A stretch of DNA of 64,000 nt, taken from the NCBI GenBank assembly GCA_965279375.1, contig OZ257156.1, positions 2,976,001 to 3,040,000 on the forward strand, written 5' to 3'. Source of the DNA: Gemmatimonas sp. Lineage in GTDB: Bacteria > Gemmatimonadota > Gemmatimonadetes > Gemmatimonadales > Gemmatimonadaceae. Under the pieces are notes generated by a model. The model was not told the DNA's origin, searched no databases, and saw nothing but the letters and a program-made list of their open reading frames with translations. Both the position numbers and the translations under genes were made by a program. Below, piece after piece: positions 9,666 to 19,677 of this stretch (its first letter is position 1; every line of letters begins with the position of its first letter).

Positions 9666-11969
9666 ATGACTCGCCGCTCCCGATTCGCACTCGCCATCAG
9701 CGTCATGGCGACCGCGACGGCCACCATGACTGCGTCCGCGCAGACCAAACCGACGGTCGAGCAGTTTCTATCGCCAGCGTCCCCACTCATGCTCGCGTCG
9801 GCCCACAAGGCGGATCGTGTGGCGTGGATGGCGTACGACCGTGGTATGCGCAACGTCTACACTGCGGCCGCTCCCAGCTTCGCGCCGGTGCGCGTGACCA
9901 ACTTTCTCGAAGACGATGGCAACGACCTGACCGACGTGTCGCTCTCCGACGACGGGTCAATCATCGTCTTCGTGCGCGGCTCGGCGCCCAATCGCTTTGG
10001 CTGGGTGGCCAACCCCAGTCATGACGCCAACGGCGCGGAGCGCGCCATCTGGGCGGTGCGTTCGAGCGGCGGACCGGCGTGGCGCGTAGCCGAGGGCGCG
10101 TCGCCCGAGTTGTCGCCCGACGGCAAGTACGTGCTGTACGTGAAGGACGGACAGATCTATCGCGCGACGGTGGTGCGCACGCGGCCGGCGACGGCGCACG
10201 ACACGGGCGGCGTACCTTTCATTCGTGAGTGGGGGCGCAACGGAAGCCCGCGTTGGTCGCCTGATGGTCAGAAGATCTCGTATGTGAGCGATCGCGAGAA
10301 TCACGCGTTCGTGGCTGTGTACGACATGCGCACGCGCAAGGTCACGTATGTGAGCCCGAGTGTCGATTGCGATGGTGGCCCCACGTGGAGCCCCGACAGC
10401 AAGCGCATCGCGTTCTATCGTCGGCCGGGTACGCCGTTCGGCTTGCAGGCGCAGGTGGGGCAGGGTGGCATCGGCAATCCGCCCGGACCGGCCGCGCCGG
10501 GAGGAGCGTTTGCTGCGCAGCCTCAGCGCGTGGCACCGGCATCTGGGTGTGGCGGCGGTGGCTTTGGCGGACGCGGTGGAGCGCCGGTCGCGACGGATAC
10601 GAATGCGCGCGGCGGCAACCCGATGCGTCGTTCACCCGGCTTCTATTCGTCCACGTTCGCTGGTGGGCACACGCTCGCGCTGATGATTGCCGATGCAACG
10701 ACCGGTGAAGCGAGGGAGACGTGGCACAACGCGCCGCGCGACAGCGTCTTCACGAGCTTGAACAACATGGTGTGGGCGAATGACCACGTCGTCTTTCCGG
10801 TGACGTTTCCCAAGGACGAGTTCGAGCGCTGGTACACGCTGAGCGTGAACGGTGGATCGCCGGTGCGCTTGACGACGACGGATGGTCTGATCGAAGACGC
10901 CACGTCGGTCGCGATGTCGAAGGACGGCAAGACGATGTTCTACTGCACGAATGCGACGGACATCGAGCGTCGGCACATCTGGTCAGTCCCCACCGCGGGC
11001 GGCGCGGCACCAGTGCGCATCTCGACGGGCGATGGCATCGAGACCTATCCGCAGCCGCTGGCGTCGGGCAAGAGCGTGGCGGTCATCTACTTCGACGCGC
11101 ATACGCCGGCCTCCATCGCGCTTGTGCCCACGCAGGGTGCGAAGCCGACGATTGTCTTCCCCAAGCTGGGCAAGGACTTCCCCACGGCCGCACACGTGAC
11201 GCCGGAGATCGTGTGGACGACGGCTGCCGACGGCATGAACATCAGCAACCAACTCTTCCTGCCGAAGGACATGAAGGCTGGCGAGAAGCGACCGGCGATG
11301 GTGTTCGTGCATGGCGGTCCGCAGCGGCAGATGATGCCCGGCTATCACTACATGCAGTTCTATCACTGGGCGTACGCATACAACCAGTGGCTCGCCAGCC
11401 AGGGCTACATCGTGCTGTCGATCAACTATCGGAGCGGCATCGGCTACGGTCGCAGCTTTCGCAACGCCGAGAAGACGCAGGCGCGCGGCAACTCGGAGTA
11501 TCAGGACGTGCTGGCCGGTGCCAAGTTCCTGCAGGGGCGCGCCGATGTCGACGTCTCGCGCATCGGCATCTGGGGATTGTCCTACGGCGGACTGCTCACG
11601 TCGCAGGCTCTGGCGCGCAACTCGGACATCTTCGTGGCCGGCGCCGATCTGGCCGGCGTGCATCTCTACGGCAATGTGATCGACACGACGAGTCTCGCCT
11701 TCCGATCCAGCGCTGTGTCGGCCATCGACAGCTGGAAGTCACCCGTGTTTCTGGTGCACGGCGACGACGATCGCAACGTGGACTTCGCACAGACGGTCGG
11801 ACTCGTGCAGCTGCTGCGCGCGCGCAAGATCTATCACGAGCTGATCGTGGTGCCCGATGACCTGCACGAATCGATGCTGCACAAGAACTGGATCGACACC
11901 TTCGACCGCATGGGGGTCTTCTTCAAGCGGTTCGTGTGGGACAAGCAAAAGCCGCCGACCAGTGAGTGA
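9666..11969 (+). CDS. S9 family (prolyl oligopeptidase/dipeptidyl peptidase) serine peptidase
   Basis: Signal peptide, WSPDG propeller repeats, VHGGP, GLSYGG nucleophile, HGDDDRNV, and catalytic His in DDLHE. Confidence 0.92.
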   Translation: MTRRSRFALAISVMATATATMTASAQTKPTVEQFLSPASPLMLASAHKADRVAWMAYDRGMRNVYTAAAPSFAPVRVTNFLEDDGNDLTDVSLSDDGSIIVFVRGSAPNRFGWVANPSHDANGAERAIWAVRSSGGPAWRVAEGASPELSPDGKYVLYVKDGQIYRATVVRTRPATAHDTGGVPFIREWGRNGSPRWSPDGQKISYVSDRENHAFVAVYDMRTRKVTYVSPSVDCDGGPTWSPDSKRIAFYRRPGTPFGLQAQVGQGGIGNPPGPAAPGGAFAAQPQRVAPASGCGGGGFGGRGGAPVATDTNARGGNPMRRSPGFYSSTFAGGHTLALMIADATTGEARETWHNAPRDSVFTSLNNMVWANDHVVFPVTFPKDEFERWYTLSVNGGSPVRLTTTDGLIEDATSVAMSKDGKTMFYCTNATDIERRHIWSVPTAGGAAPVRISTGDGIETYPQPLASGKSVAVIYFDAHTPASIALVPTQGAKPTIVFPKLGKDFPTAAHVTPEIVWTTAADGMNISNQLFLPKDMKAGEKRPAMVFVHGGPQRQMMPGYHYMQFYHWAYAYNQWLASQGYIVLSINYRSGIGYGRSFRNAEKTQARGNSEYQDVLAGAKFLQGRADVDVSRIGIWGLSYGGLLTSQALARNSDIFVAGADLAGVHLYGNVIDTTSLAFRSSAVSAIDSWKSPVFLVHGDDDRNVDFAQTVGLVQLLRARKIYHELIVVPDDLHESMLHKNWIDTFDRMGVFFKRFVWDKQKPPTSE

Positions 11970-12016
11970 CTGATCGGCGGCGCAGATGCTGCTGGCCTTT
12001 TAACGCTTCGTGACGT

Positions 12017-13618
12017 TCAGCGGATCGGCCGGTCGAGCGCTTCGTAGCGTGCACGATGTTGTTCAGGCGCCGCCTTCGACGTGACGTCGAGTGTCATGAC
12101 GGGGTTCCCCTTCGCCGCCTCGTACGCGGGCCAGAGGGGGAGCCCTTTTCCATTCGGATTGCCGGTGCGCGCAAAGTTGCTCCAGTATCGAAGCATCTGC
12201 GACGACAGCGCGTGATCCGCCGGCTCCCACGTCACCTTGGGAACGGACTCCAGCGCGCCGAAGACGTACTCGATCTCGCCGGCATGTCGCGCACCGACAT
12301 CGCGCGCGCTCAGCGTGCGACCGTTCGGGAGCGTGGTCGGCGCGATTGGAATCTGGCGGGCGAAGAGATAGCGATAGACGGGCTTGCCGCTTGTGGCGCG
12401 ATGTGTCTCGATCCACTTCCACGTGCCGTAGCTGATGAACTGATCGCTCGTCAGCGCGGCGGACGACTCCGTCGCGACGGAATCGTTGGTGGCAGGATAG
12501 GCGGCGAGCATTTCGTCGGCGCGTGGACCAAAGCGTGTACGCACCGACGTCGTGAACGAGGCGGCCGTGGTCGGCGTGGGGTTGAGCGTCACGGCGGAAC
12601 GCATCTCGTCGGAGTTCCAGCCGGCCAGCAAAGGAATGCGCTGCTGCTCGCCGGCGGCGTAGATGTCGCGCACAGGCTTGGGGAGCACGACGCCGTCGAT
12701 GATCGCACTGAAGCTGCGCCCGGGCTTGGCGCGCGACGCCTTGAGTATCGAATCGGCGGAGATCGCCCGGAGCGCGACGATGGAGGTGGCGCCGATGTCC
12801 GCGCCGAACGCGGCGCCCGCCTTCTCCGCAACGGCGAGCGTTGGCGCGCCCAGGGTGGCCCCAAAGAAGGCCCCGCTTTCACCGATCGCCTTGTGAACGA
12901 TGCCCTTGGCGAGCGGCGAGGCGACAAGTGCGCTCACGCTGAACGAGCCCGCCGATTCGCCGAAGATGGTGACGTTGGCCGGATCGCCACCAAACGCGGC
13001 GACGTTGTCGTGCACCCACCGTAGCGCGGCGAGCTGGTCGAGCAGCGCGTAGTTGCCCGAGGTTCCACGCTTGGACTCCGCCGTCAGCTCGGGATGTGCG
13101 AGGAAGCCGAAGACGCCGAGCCGATAGTTGAGGCTGACGACCACCACTCCGTTCGTGGCGAGCCGTGCACCATCCTGTCGTGGTTCCGACGCAGAGCCCG
13201 CCTGAAAGCCGCCGCCATAAATCCACACCATCACGGGCAGCTTCTGTGCGGCGCGCCTCGCTGGTGTCCACACGTTCAGGTAGAGGCAGTCTTCGCTCAC
13301 CTGATCGCGGAAGATCATGTCGGAGTAGATCGGCGCTTGCATGCAGCGCGGACCGAACGCCGTGGCTTCACGAACGCCGGGCCACGGCTCGACTGGTTGT
13401 GGCTCTCGCCAGCGCCTCTCTCCCGTTGGCGCCTGAGCGAACGGGATTCCCAGGAAGGTGCGGACCCCGCTCGAGGAGACCGGGAGCCCCTGCAGCGTGC
13501 CTGCGGCGATGCGCACCGTCGTTGTGCTCTGGGACGAAACGGGTCGAGCGCCGCCGAGCGAGAGGGCTGCGATGCCGATCGCGACGGCGAGCGGTTGCCG
13601 GAAGGAGTGCACGGACAT
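12017..13618 (-). CDS. Type-B carboxylesterase (para-nitrobenzyl esterase-like), secreted
   Basis: FLGIPFA, SEDCLYLNVW, WIYGGGF, GESAG and HAGEIEYVF motifs. Confidence 0.95.
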   Translation of the reverse strand: MSVHSFRQPLAVAIGIAALSLGGARPVSSQSTTTVRIAAGTLQGLPVSSSGVRTFLGIPFAQAPTGERRWREPQPVEPWPGVREATAFGPRCMQAPIYSDMIFRDQVSEDCLYLNVWTPARRAAQKLPVMVWIYGGGFQAGSASEPRQDGARLATNGVVVVSLNYRLGVFGFLAHPELTAESKRGTSGNYALLDQLAALRWVHDNVAAFGGDPANVTIFGESAGSFSVSALVASPLAKGIVHKAIGESGAFFGATLGAPTLAVAEKAGAAFGADIGATSIVALRAISADSILKASRAKPGRSFSAIIDGVVLPKPVRDIYAAGEQQRIPLLAGWNSDEMRSAVTLNPTPTTAASFTTSVRTRFGPRADEMLAAYPATNDSVATESSAALTSDQFISYGTWKWIETHRATSGKPVYRYLFARQIPIAPTTLPNGRTLSARDVGARHAGEIEYVFGALESVPKVTWEPADHALSSQMLRYWSNFARTGNPNGKGLPLWPAYEAAKGNPVMTLDVTSKAAPEQHRARYEALDRPIR

Positions 13619-13772
13619 GATGGTCCCGGAAAAGAGGTGTGCTACGTGCGGAATGTTCGGATCGGCCCCGAGCGCGTCAAGTTGCGCGCCACCGCTGGCA
13701 CTTCGCGAGCGGCGGCGCATGATTTCACAAAGTACCACGTCACACCCTGACTCTCACTCGGCCGGAGTATTC

Positions 13773-15581
13773 ATGCCGTTGTATCGCACTTCCCGTATTG
13801 CAGGACTCGCGGCGGGGCTCTCGCTCGTCGCGGCGTCGACTGCGTTCGCGCAGGCGGCACCCAAGCTCAACGTGTACGGCAGTCCGCAGCGTGTTGCGCC
13901 CGCGCCGACCAAGTCGACGATCGACGTGCGTGACCTGCAGATCCGTCTCTACCAGTTCGCCGACGATTCGATGCAGGGGCGCCAGGTTGGGCGCGCCGGC
14001 AACATGAAGGGCACGGACTACATCGCGGCTGAACTCAAGCGCATGGGACTGGTGCCGGCCGGCGACAACGGCACGTACTTCCAGACGCTGCCCTACCACG
14101 TGCGGAAGTTTACGAACCACTCACGTTTAACGATGGACGGCAATCCGCTGACGTTCAACGCGGAGTGGGTGGCGGTACCGGGCGCGCGTGCGCCCCGCGC
14201 GATCAGCAATGCCGAAGTGGTCTATGGTGGCGTTACCGGCGACTCGAGCACGTATGTGCCTGCGGCACAGACTGCAGGAAAGTTCGTCGTGATGGCGCCG
14301 GCGAATCGTCCGGCGCAGCCGCAGGGTGGTCGCGGCGGATTCGCTCCGCCGCCACCGTCACCGTATCCGGATGCTGCGGCGATCGCGACGGTGGATCTCG
14401 ATGCGCTGACACCGGCGCAGCGCGCGGCGATCAATGAGCCGACCGTTGCGTCGTCGGGTGCTGGCGGCCGCGGTGGTCGTGGTGGCGGCGCGCCGGGCGG
14501 TGCGGTCGATTCGCTGGCGTTGCTCAAGCAGCAGCTTGCCGCGTTCACTCCGCAGGCGGCGATCCGTCTCACGCGGGACGCGGCGACGCAGCTGTTCAAG
14601 GGGAAGCCCATCGACGCACTGAGCCCGGGCGCCAAGGGCGGTGTGGTGACGGCGTCACTCGACTTTGTCGAGTTGCCCACCGATTGGGCGCGCAACGTGG
14701 TGGCGATCGTGCCGGGCAGCGACCCGAAGCTCAAGAACCAGTACGTCGCCATTGGTGCGCACAACGACCACGTCGGCTTCGCCACACCGGTGGACAAGGA
14801 TTCGATTCGCGCCTACAACATCGCGAAGAATCGCTATCTGTTGGCGAACGGCATGGATCAGCTCAAGGCGTCGGGTGCGATGAACGCCGACGGCTGGAAG
14901 GTGAACATGGACAGCATTCGCAAGGTGTATCCGAAGCCGCGCATCGACTCGATCAACAACGGTGCGGACGACGACGGTTCGGGTTCGATGGGTGTGCTGG
15001 AGATCGCCGAGGCGATCTCGTCGATGCCGGTGAAGCCCAAGCGCTCGACGCTGTTCGTGTGGCACACGGGCGAAGAGGGTGGGCTGGTTGGCTCGGCGTT
15101 CTTCGTCGCCAACCCGACCGTGCCGCTCGACTCCGTGGTGGCGCAGATCAACGTGGACATGATCGGACGCGGTCGTGCGGAAGACTTGCCCGGCGGCGGC
15201 GATGACTACGTGGGCGTGGTTGGATCGTGGTTCGATTCCAAGGACTTGGGCGAGACCGTGCAGGCGGTGAACAAGAAGCGCGCCAAGCCGCTGGAGCTGG
15301 ACTACAAGTTCGACGATCCCATCGCGTGGGGTGGCTACAACAACATCTATGCGCGCAGCGATCACTACAACTACGCGCGCTCTGGTGTGCCGATCGCGTT
15401 CTTCTTCACGGGTTTGCATGGCGATTATCACCAGCGCAGCGACGAACCTGAGTTCATCGACTATCCGCACTACGCGAAGATCGCCAACTACCTCAAGGAT
15501 CTGACGGTCGAGGTGGGCAACGGTCCGCGTCCGCGCCTGAATGGCACGAAGCCGGCCAAGCCGCGCGTCATCACGCCGTAA
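13773..15581 (+). CDS. M28 family metallopeptidase with PA-like insert
   Basis: Signal peptide, GAHNDH, NGADDDGSG, TGEEGGL, NVDMIGR, RSDH and DYHQ. Confidence 0.92.
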   Translation: MPLYRTSRIAGLAAGLSLVAASTAFAQAAPKLNVYGSPQRVAPAPTKSTIDVRDLQIRLYQFADDSMQGRQVGRAGNMKGTDYIAAELKRMGLVPAGDNGTYFQTLPYHVRKFTNHSRLTMDGNPLTFNAEWVAVPGARAPRAISNAEVVYGGVTGDSSTYVPAAQTAGKFVVMAPANRPAQPQGGRGGFAPPPPSPYPDAAAIATVDLDALTPAQRAAINEPTVASSGAGGRGGRGGGAPGGAVDSLALLKQQLAAFTPQAAIRLTRDAATQLFKGKPIDALSPGAKGGVVTASLDFVELPTDWARNVVAIVPGSDPKLKNQYVAIGAHNDHVGFATPVDKDSIRAYNIAKNRYLLANGMDQLKASGAMNADGWKVNMDSIRKVYPKPRIDSINNGADDDGSGSMGVLEIAEAISSMPVKPKRSTLFVWHTGEEGGLVGSAFFVANPTVPLDSVVAQINVDMIGRGRAEDLPGGGDDYVGVVGSWFDSKDLGETVQAVNKKRAKPLELDYKFDDPIAWGGYNNIYARSDHYNYARSGVPIAFFFTGLHGDYHQRSDEPEFIDYPHYAKIANYLKDLTVEVGNGPRPRLNGTKPAKPRVITP

Positions 15582-15601
15582 GGGTCAGCTCTGTAGATAC
15601 G

Positions 15602-15645
15602 AACGCCGCGTGCTTCTCGAGAGAGTGCACGCGGCGTTTGTGTTT
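15602..15645. terminator. Intrinsic terminator hairpin between convergent genes
   Basis: AACGCCGCGTGC...GCACGCGGCGTT followed by TGTGTTT. Confidence 0.7.
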
Positions 15646-15673
15646 CGTGCCCGTGGTGCGCGACGCGCGCCCT

Positions 15674-16459
15674 TCAGCGCATTCTGAGTGCCGTCAGTCG
15701 CGTGTAGAAGATGTGCGAGTTCATTCCCGGGTTCGAGCCGCCGAAGCTCGCATTGGACACGTGGTGCAGCGTGTAGCCGAAGGCCACTCGCGTGCGTGGC
15801 GACGCCTGCCACTGCAGCGATGCGCCGGGAGACACGGTGAAGTTGGCCTGCGTGGCCTGGCCATACGGCACCACCTTGCTGAACCACGCGACGCCCGACG
15901 TGACCTGAACGACCGTGGAGAACCTCGGCGAATGCGGAATCTCCGCTTGCGCGCTGAGTGGAGAGATGCCGACTCCCCAGCTATCGTGGTCGAAGTAGCG
16001 CGCGGCCTGTTTGGGGTCAACGCGATGATCCGGCTCGCGAAGCACGGCAGGAATGCGTACTGGTGGCGCACTGCTGGAGACGAGCATCAGCGGGAGCGCT
16101 TCGGTAACCCAGCTGAAGCGCGCGCGATGCCAGGCGAAGAGGTCGCGTGTCCACTGCACGCCCAGGATGCGCATCGAGCCGCCCTGGATGGTCTCATTGT
16201 CGGACGCTGTCTGCGCGAGGACCGACCCGCCCAACCACACGTTGAATCCATCGCGCGGCGGCAGGCGCCGGAACGCACTGGCGTGCACGCCATCGCGTGC
16301 GACCGGCGCGGCGGTGGTGGCCGGCGCAGCGGGTGGGGTTGCGCCGGGACCCTGCGCCGCGAGCGGTGCGGCGCACAGGAGCGACGCGCCCGCGATGAGC
16401 GCAGCGGTACGCGTCGCGCGCCGTGCGGCGGTCGGCGCCGAACGATCGTGGGCCGGCAC
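15674..16459 (-). CDS. PagL-like acyloxyacyl hydrolase (lipid A 3-O-deacylase family) outer-membrane protein
   Basis: GGGAGG RBS before GTG, signal peptide, and C-terminal YTLHHVSNASFGGSNPGMNSH (HxSN...NPGxN motif). Confidence 0.8.
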   Translation of the reverse strand: MPAHDRSAPTAARRATRTAALIAGASLLCAAPLAAQGPGATPPAAPATTAAPVARDGVHASAFRRLPPRDGFNVWLGGSVLAQTASDNETIQGGSMRILGVQWTRDLFAWHRARFSWVTEALPLMLVSSSAPPVRIPAVLREPDHRVDPKQAARYFDHDSWGVGISPLSAQAEIPHSPRFSTVVQVTSGVAWFSKVVPYGQATQANFTVSPGASLQWQASPRTRVAFGYTLHHVSNASFGGSNPGMNSHIFYTRLTALRMR

Positions 16460-16690
16460 GTTGGCCCTCCCAGACGAGTGATGAACCATGCAGCAATCTC
16501 GACAGTACGGTGCGGATTGGCAAATCGACGTGGTAGTCAACGGACACCGCGCCGTTGCAGAACGGAGATACTTCTTTACGCGGGCGTCGTGCGTTCCCCG
16601 CCGCGTTGTGACCTGTGTATCCGAGCTTGGGCCTTCGATCCGCAGCATCCACCTGCTGATCACCCCAACCTTTCGGAGCATCGACAGATC

Positions 16691-19024
16691 ATGCGTCATC
16701 CCCTCCTTACTGTTGCTGGCGTCGCGCTCTGCGTTTCGCAGCTCGGCGCGACCCCGCTCGGCGCACAGCAGCCGACCGCGCCGACCGCCAAGAAGGACAC
16801 CACCCAGAAGCTCGGCGCCGTGACAATCACCGCGACCGCATCAGGGCAGGGTGAATCGCGCGCCGCCAACGCATTGACCAAGAGCGAGCTGCAGGAGCGT
16901 CCCGCCGGAACGACGGCGCTCAAGGCGCTCGAGCGACTGCCGGGCGTGAACTTCAACAGCTCGGATCCGTGGGGCCAGTACGAATGGTCCAACCGTATCA
17001 CGATGCGAGGCTTCCAGACGCAACAGGTTGGTCAGACCTTCGACGGCCTGCCGCTTGGCGACATGAGCTACGGCAACTTCAACGGGCTCGGAATCGGTCG
17101 CGCGGTGGATTCCGAGAACCTCGGTGGCGCGAGCGTGGCGCAGGGCAGCGGGGCGCTTGGCACCTCATCCGCGAACAACCTGGGCGGTGTGGTGCAGTAC
17201 GCCTCCGATGCGCCAGCCGCGCGGCGCACGTTGCTGCTCAAACAGACGGTCGGCGGCGCCAACACCTATCGCACGACCGGCCGCTTCGACACGGGCTTCT
17301 GGAGCTCGGGCGAGAATGGTGCGAGCGCGTACGTGAGCTTCACGCGGCAGGACAATGACAAGTGGAAGGGCGGCGGCCAGGCCGCGTCGCCAGTGAACAA
17401 GGGCATTCTCGGTCGCAATGGCCTCTTCCGCGATGGCGAAACGTGGCTCGAGCAGATCAACGCCAAGGCCGTCGCGTATCTGGGCAGCGCGAAGTTCACG
17501 GGCTTCTACTCGTTCTCCAATCGCAGCGAAGCGGACTATGTGGACCTCACGCTCGCGCGTTACAAGCAGAGCGGCCGCGAGTGGGATCAGTTCAGCGATT
17601 GGAATCTCGCGAAGCAGTACGCCAGCACGTCGGGTCAGGAAGACGAAGCGTACTGGCAGTCGTCGTTGGGCGCGCGTCGCGACAACCTCGCGTACGCACT
17701 CGCTGACTTCTCACTGGGCGAGAATGCGCACCTGACCGTGCAGCCGTACTTCCACGCGAACAAGGGTAACGGCGATTGGCACGCGCCGACCTACGGTCCG
17801 AGCACGTGGAGCAAGGATCCGATCTTCTTCCGTCAGACGCAGTACGACGGACAGCGCACCGGCACCAATGCCAAGTTCACCACGACGCTGGCGGGTAACG
17901 CAATCGAGGCGGGCCTCTGGTACGAGAGCAACACGACGAACATTCGTCGTCAGGGGTGGGGCCTGGTGAACTATCAGACTGGACCGGCGGTGGACTTCAA
18001 CAACAACATCCGCCTGTTCTTCGATCGTACCGGCGACATCACCACCACGATGATGTACGCGCAGAACACGAACGTCTTCGCCAGCAACCGGCTCAAGCTG
18101 ACGTATGGCGCCAAGTACCTGAATGTGCAGGCCGATTTCAAGAGCAACGGCAACACGTCCAACGCCAAGACGTTCGGCGATCCTAACCGCCCGTCGTTGA
18201 GCGTCACCGCCAAGGGCGAGTTCCTGCCGCAGCTGGGCGCGATCTGGATGCTCAACGGCACCGAGCAGCTGTTCGCGAACTACTCCGAGAATGTGAATCA
18301 GTATCCGCTCAGCCCGCAGTCGGGCATCTACAACCTGTCGGCTGGCGGCTTCGATGCGTTCAAGGCCAACACGAAGCCCGAGCGCGCGACCTCGATCGAC
18401 CTCGGCGTGCGGACGCGCCGTGAGAAGTTGGAGGCGTCCATCTCCGGTTACGCGATCGACTATCGCAATCGTCTCGTCGCGACGGCCAACTGCCAGCTCA
18501 CCGCGACTTGCGCGTCAGTGATCTCGAACGTCGGTACGGTGTCGTCGTATGGCATGGAAGGCTTGCTGAACCTCAATCTCAACAAGGCGCTCAGCTGGGC
18601 CAACAGCGCGTCGTTCAACAGCTCCAAAATCAACGACGACTACAAGACCGGCACGAGCACGATCAAGTCGGGTGGGAAGAACGTCGTCGATGCGCCGCAG
18701 CTCATGGCCAGCAGCACGATGCGCTTTGCGCAGCAGGGTTGGAATGGCTCGTTGGGTGCGCGCTTCGTCGACAAGCGCTACATCACGATCGAGAACGATC
18801 TCTCGGTGCCGTCGTACACCACGATGGACCTCGGCGCCGGCTATCTGTTTGCCAACATCGGCAAGGCCAAGAACGTGTCGGTTCAGCTCAACGTCGTGAA
18901 CCTGTTCGACACGGACTACATCGGGTCGGTGGGGACCGGTGGCTTCGCGGCGCGCGGCGACATTCAGACGCTGCAGAACGGCGCACGGCGCATGGTCTTC
19001 CTCTCGTTGGGCTCCAGCTTCTAG
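16691..19024 (+). CDS. TonB-dependent receptor
   Basis: GGAG RBS, signal peptide, TonB box-like VTITA, plug LPGV...MRGF...DGLP, NVVNLFD..Y and terminal Phe. Confidence 0.95.
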   Translation: MRHPLLTVAGVALCVSQLGATPLGAQQPTAPTAKKDTTQKLGAVTITATASGQGESRAANALTKSELQERPAGTTALKALERLPGVNFNSSDPWGQYEWSNRITMRGFQTQQVGQTFDGLPLGDMSYGNFNGLGIGRAVDSENLGGASVAQGSGALGTSSANNLGGVVQYASDAPAARRTLLLKQTVGGANTYRTTGRFDTGFWSSGENGASAYVSFTRQDNDKWKGGGQAASPVNKGILGRNGLFRDGETWLEQINAKAVAYLGSAKFTGFYSFSNRSEADYVDLTLARYKQSGREWDQFSDWNLAKQYASTSGQEDEAYWQSSLGARRDNLAYALADFSLGENAHLTVQPYFHANKGNGDWHAPTYGPSTWSKDPIFFRQTQYDGQRTGTNAKFTTTLAGNAIEAGLWYESNTTNIRRQGWGLVNYQTGPAVDFNNNIRLFFDRTGDITTTMMYAQNTNVFASNRLKLTYGAKYLNVQADFKSNGNTSNAKTFGDPNRPSLSVTAKGEFLPQLGAIWMLNGTEQLFANYSENVNQYPLSPQSGIYNLSAGGFDAFKANTKPERATSIDLGVRTRREKLEASISGYAIDYRNRLVATANCQLTATCASVISNVGTVSSYGMEGLLNLNLNKALSWANSASFNSSKINDDYKTGTSTIKSGGKNVVDAPQLMASSTMRFAQQGWNGSLGARFVDKRYITIENDLSVPSYTTMDLGAGYLFANIGKAKNVSVQLNVVNLFDTDYIGSVGTGGFAARGDIQTLQNGARRMVFLSLGSSF

Positions 19025-19063
19025 TCCGCGCTCGAGACGAGCTGCGATTCGGCTCGTCCCGAA

Positions 19064-19109
19064 AACATCACGCCCCCGATCTGCTGCGGCAGGTCGGGGG
19101 CGTCGTGTT
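19064..19109 (+). terminator. Strong hairpin after the TonB-dependent receptor gene
   Basis: CGCCCCCGATCTGC-TGCG-GCAGGTCGGGGGCG followed by TCGTGTT. Confidence 0.7.
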
Positions 19110-19215
19110 GCTGCGCTATGGCACCATGCCATATTTCGTCGGTACAAGAGCCGTGACGCGGGTGGTACTGTCGCGTCGACGGAAGACCGGACGATTCAAC
19201 AAGGACGAAAGCGGC

Positions 19216-19677
19216 ATGGCGGCAGACGAGGGGCAGGGGAGCACGGGAGAGTCGGGGGGCGAACTGCCCACGGAACTGCCGGTGGCATCGGCGAACGATC
19301 TGGCCAAGCTCGATCGCGCGCGCAATGAGCTCCTGCGGGTGCACCGGGCGCTTCTCGAGACCGAGCGGATGCGCTATGAAAAAGTGCATGGCCGTGTCGC
19401 CAACAACAGCGCATTTCTTCAGCTGGTTATCGCCGATCCGTGGTTCGAGTGGCTGCGTCCGATGGCGCAGCTGGTGCTCCTCATCGACGAACGCACCAGC
19501 GACAAGAAGTCCAAACTCGGCACCGAAGAGGCCTCCTCTCTCTTCGAGCGTGCACGTGGGCTGCTGCGCGCGGACGCCGAGGGAGATCTGTTCCAACGCC
19601 TGTTCGCGGAGTCGGTCCAGCATTCGCCGTCGTTGGCGGTGTTGGCGCGGCAGGTAGCGGCCAGCCTCGCGAACTGA
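19216..19677 (+). CDS. Conserved hypothetical helical protein
   Basis: LLRVHRALLETERMRYE...FLQLVIADPWFEWLRPM; abuts the next gene. Confidence 0.7.
   Translation: MAADEGQGSTGESGGELPTELPVASANDLAKLDRARNELLRVHRALLETERMRYEKVHGRVANNSAFLQLVIADPWFEWLRPMAQLVLLIDERTSDKKSKLGTEEASSLFERARGLLRADAEGDLFQRLFAESVQHSPSLAVLARQVAASLAN

Noticed and set aside
15638..16690. 351-aa N-terminal extension of the TonB receptor in the ORF track
   Set aside because: It overlaps the PagL-like gene on the other strand, and the RBS and signal peptide point to ATG16691. Similar over-extended starts were trimmed for many other genes.
16500..16690. Riboswitch upstream of the TonB-dependent receptor
   Set aside because: No cobalamin, TPP or other aptamer consensus recognisable by eye; an Rfam scan would settle it.
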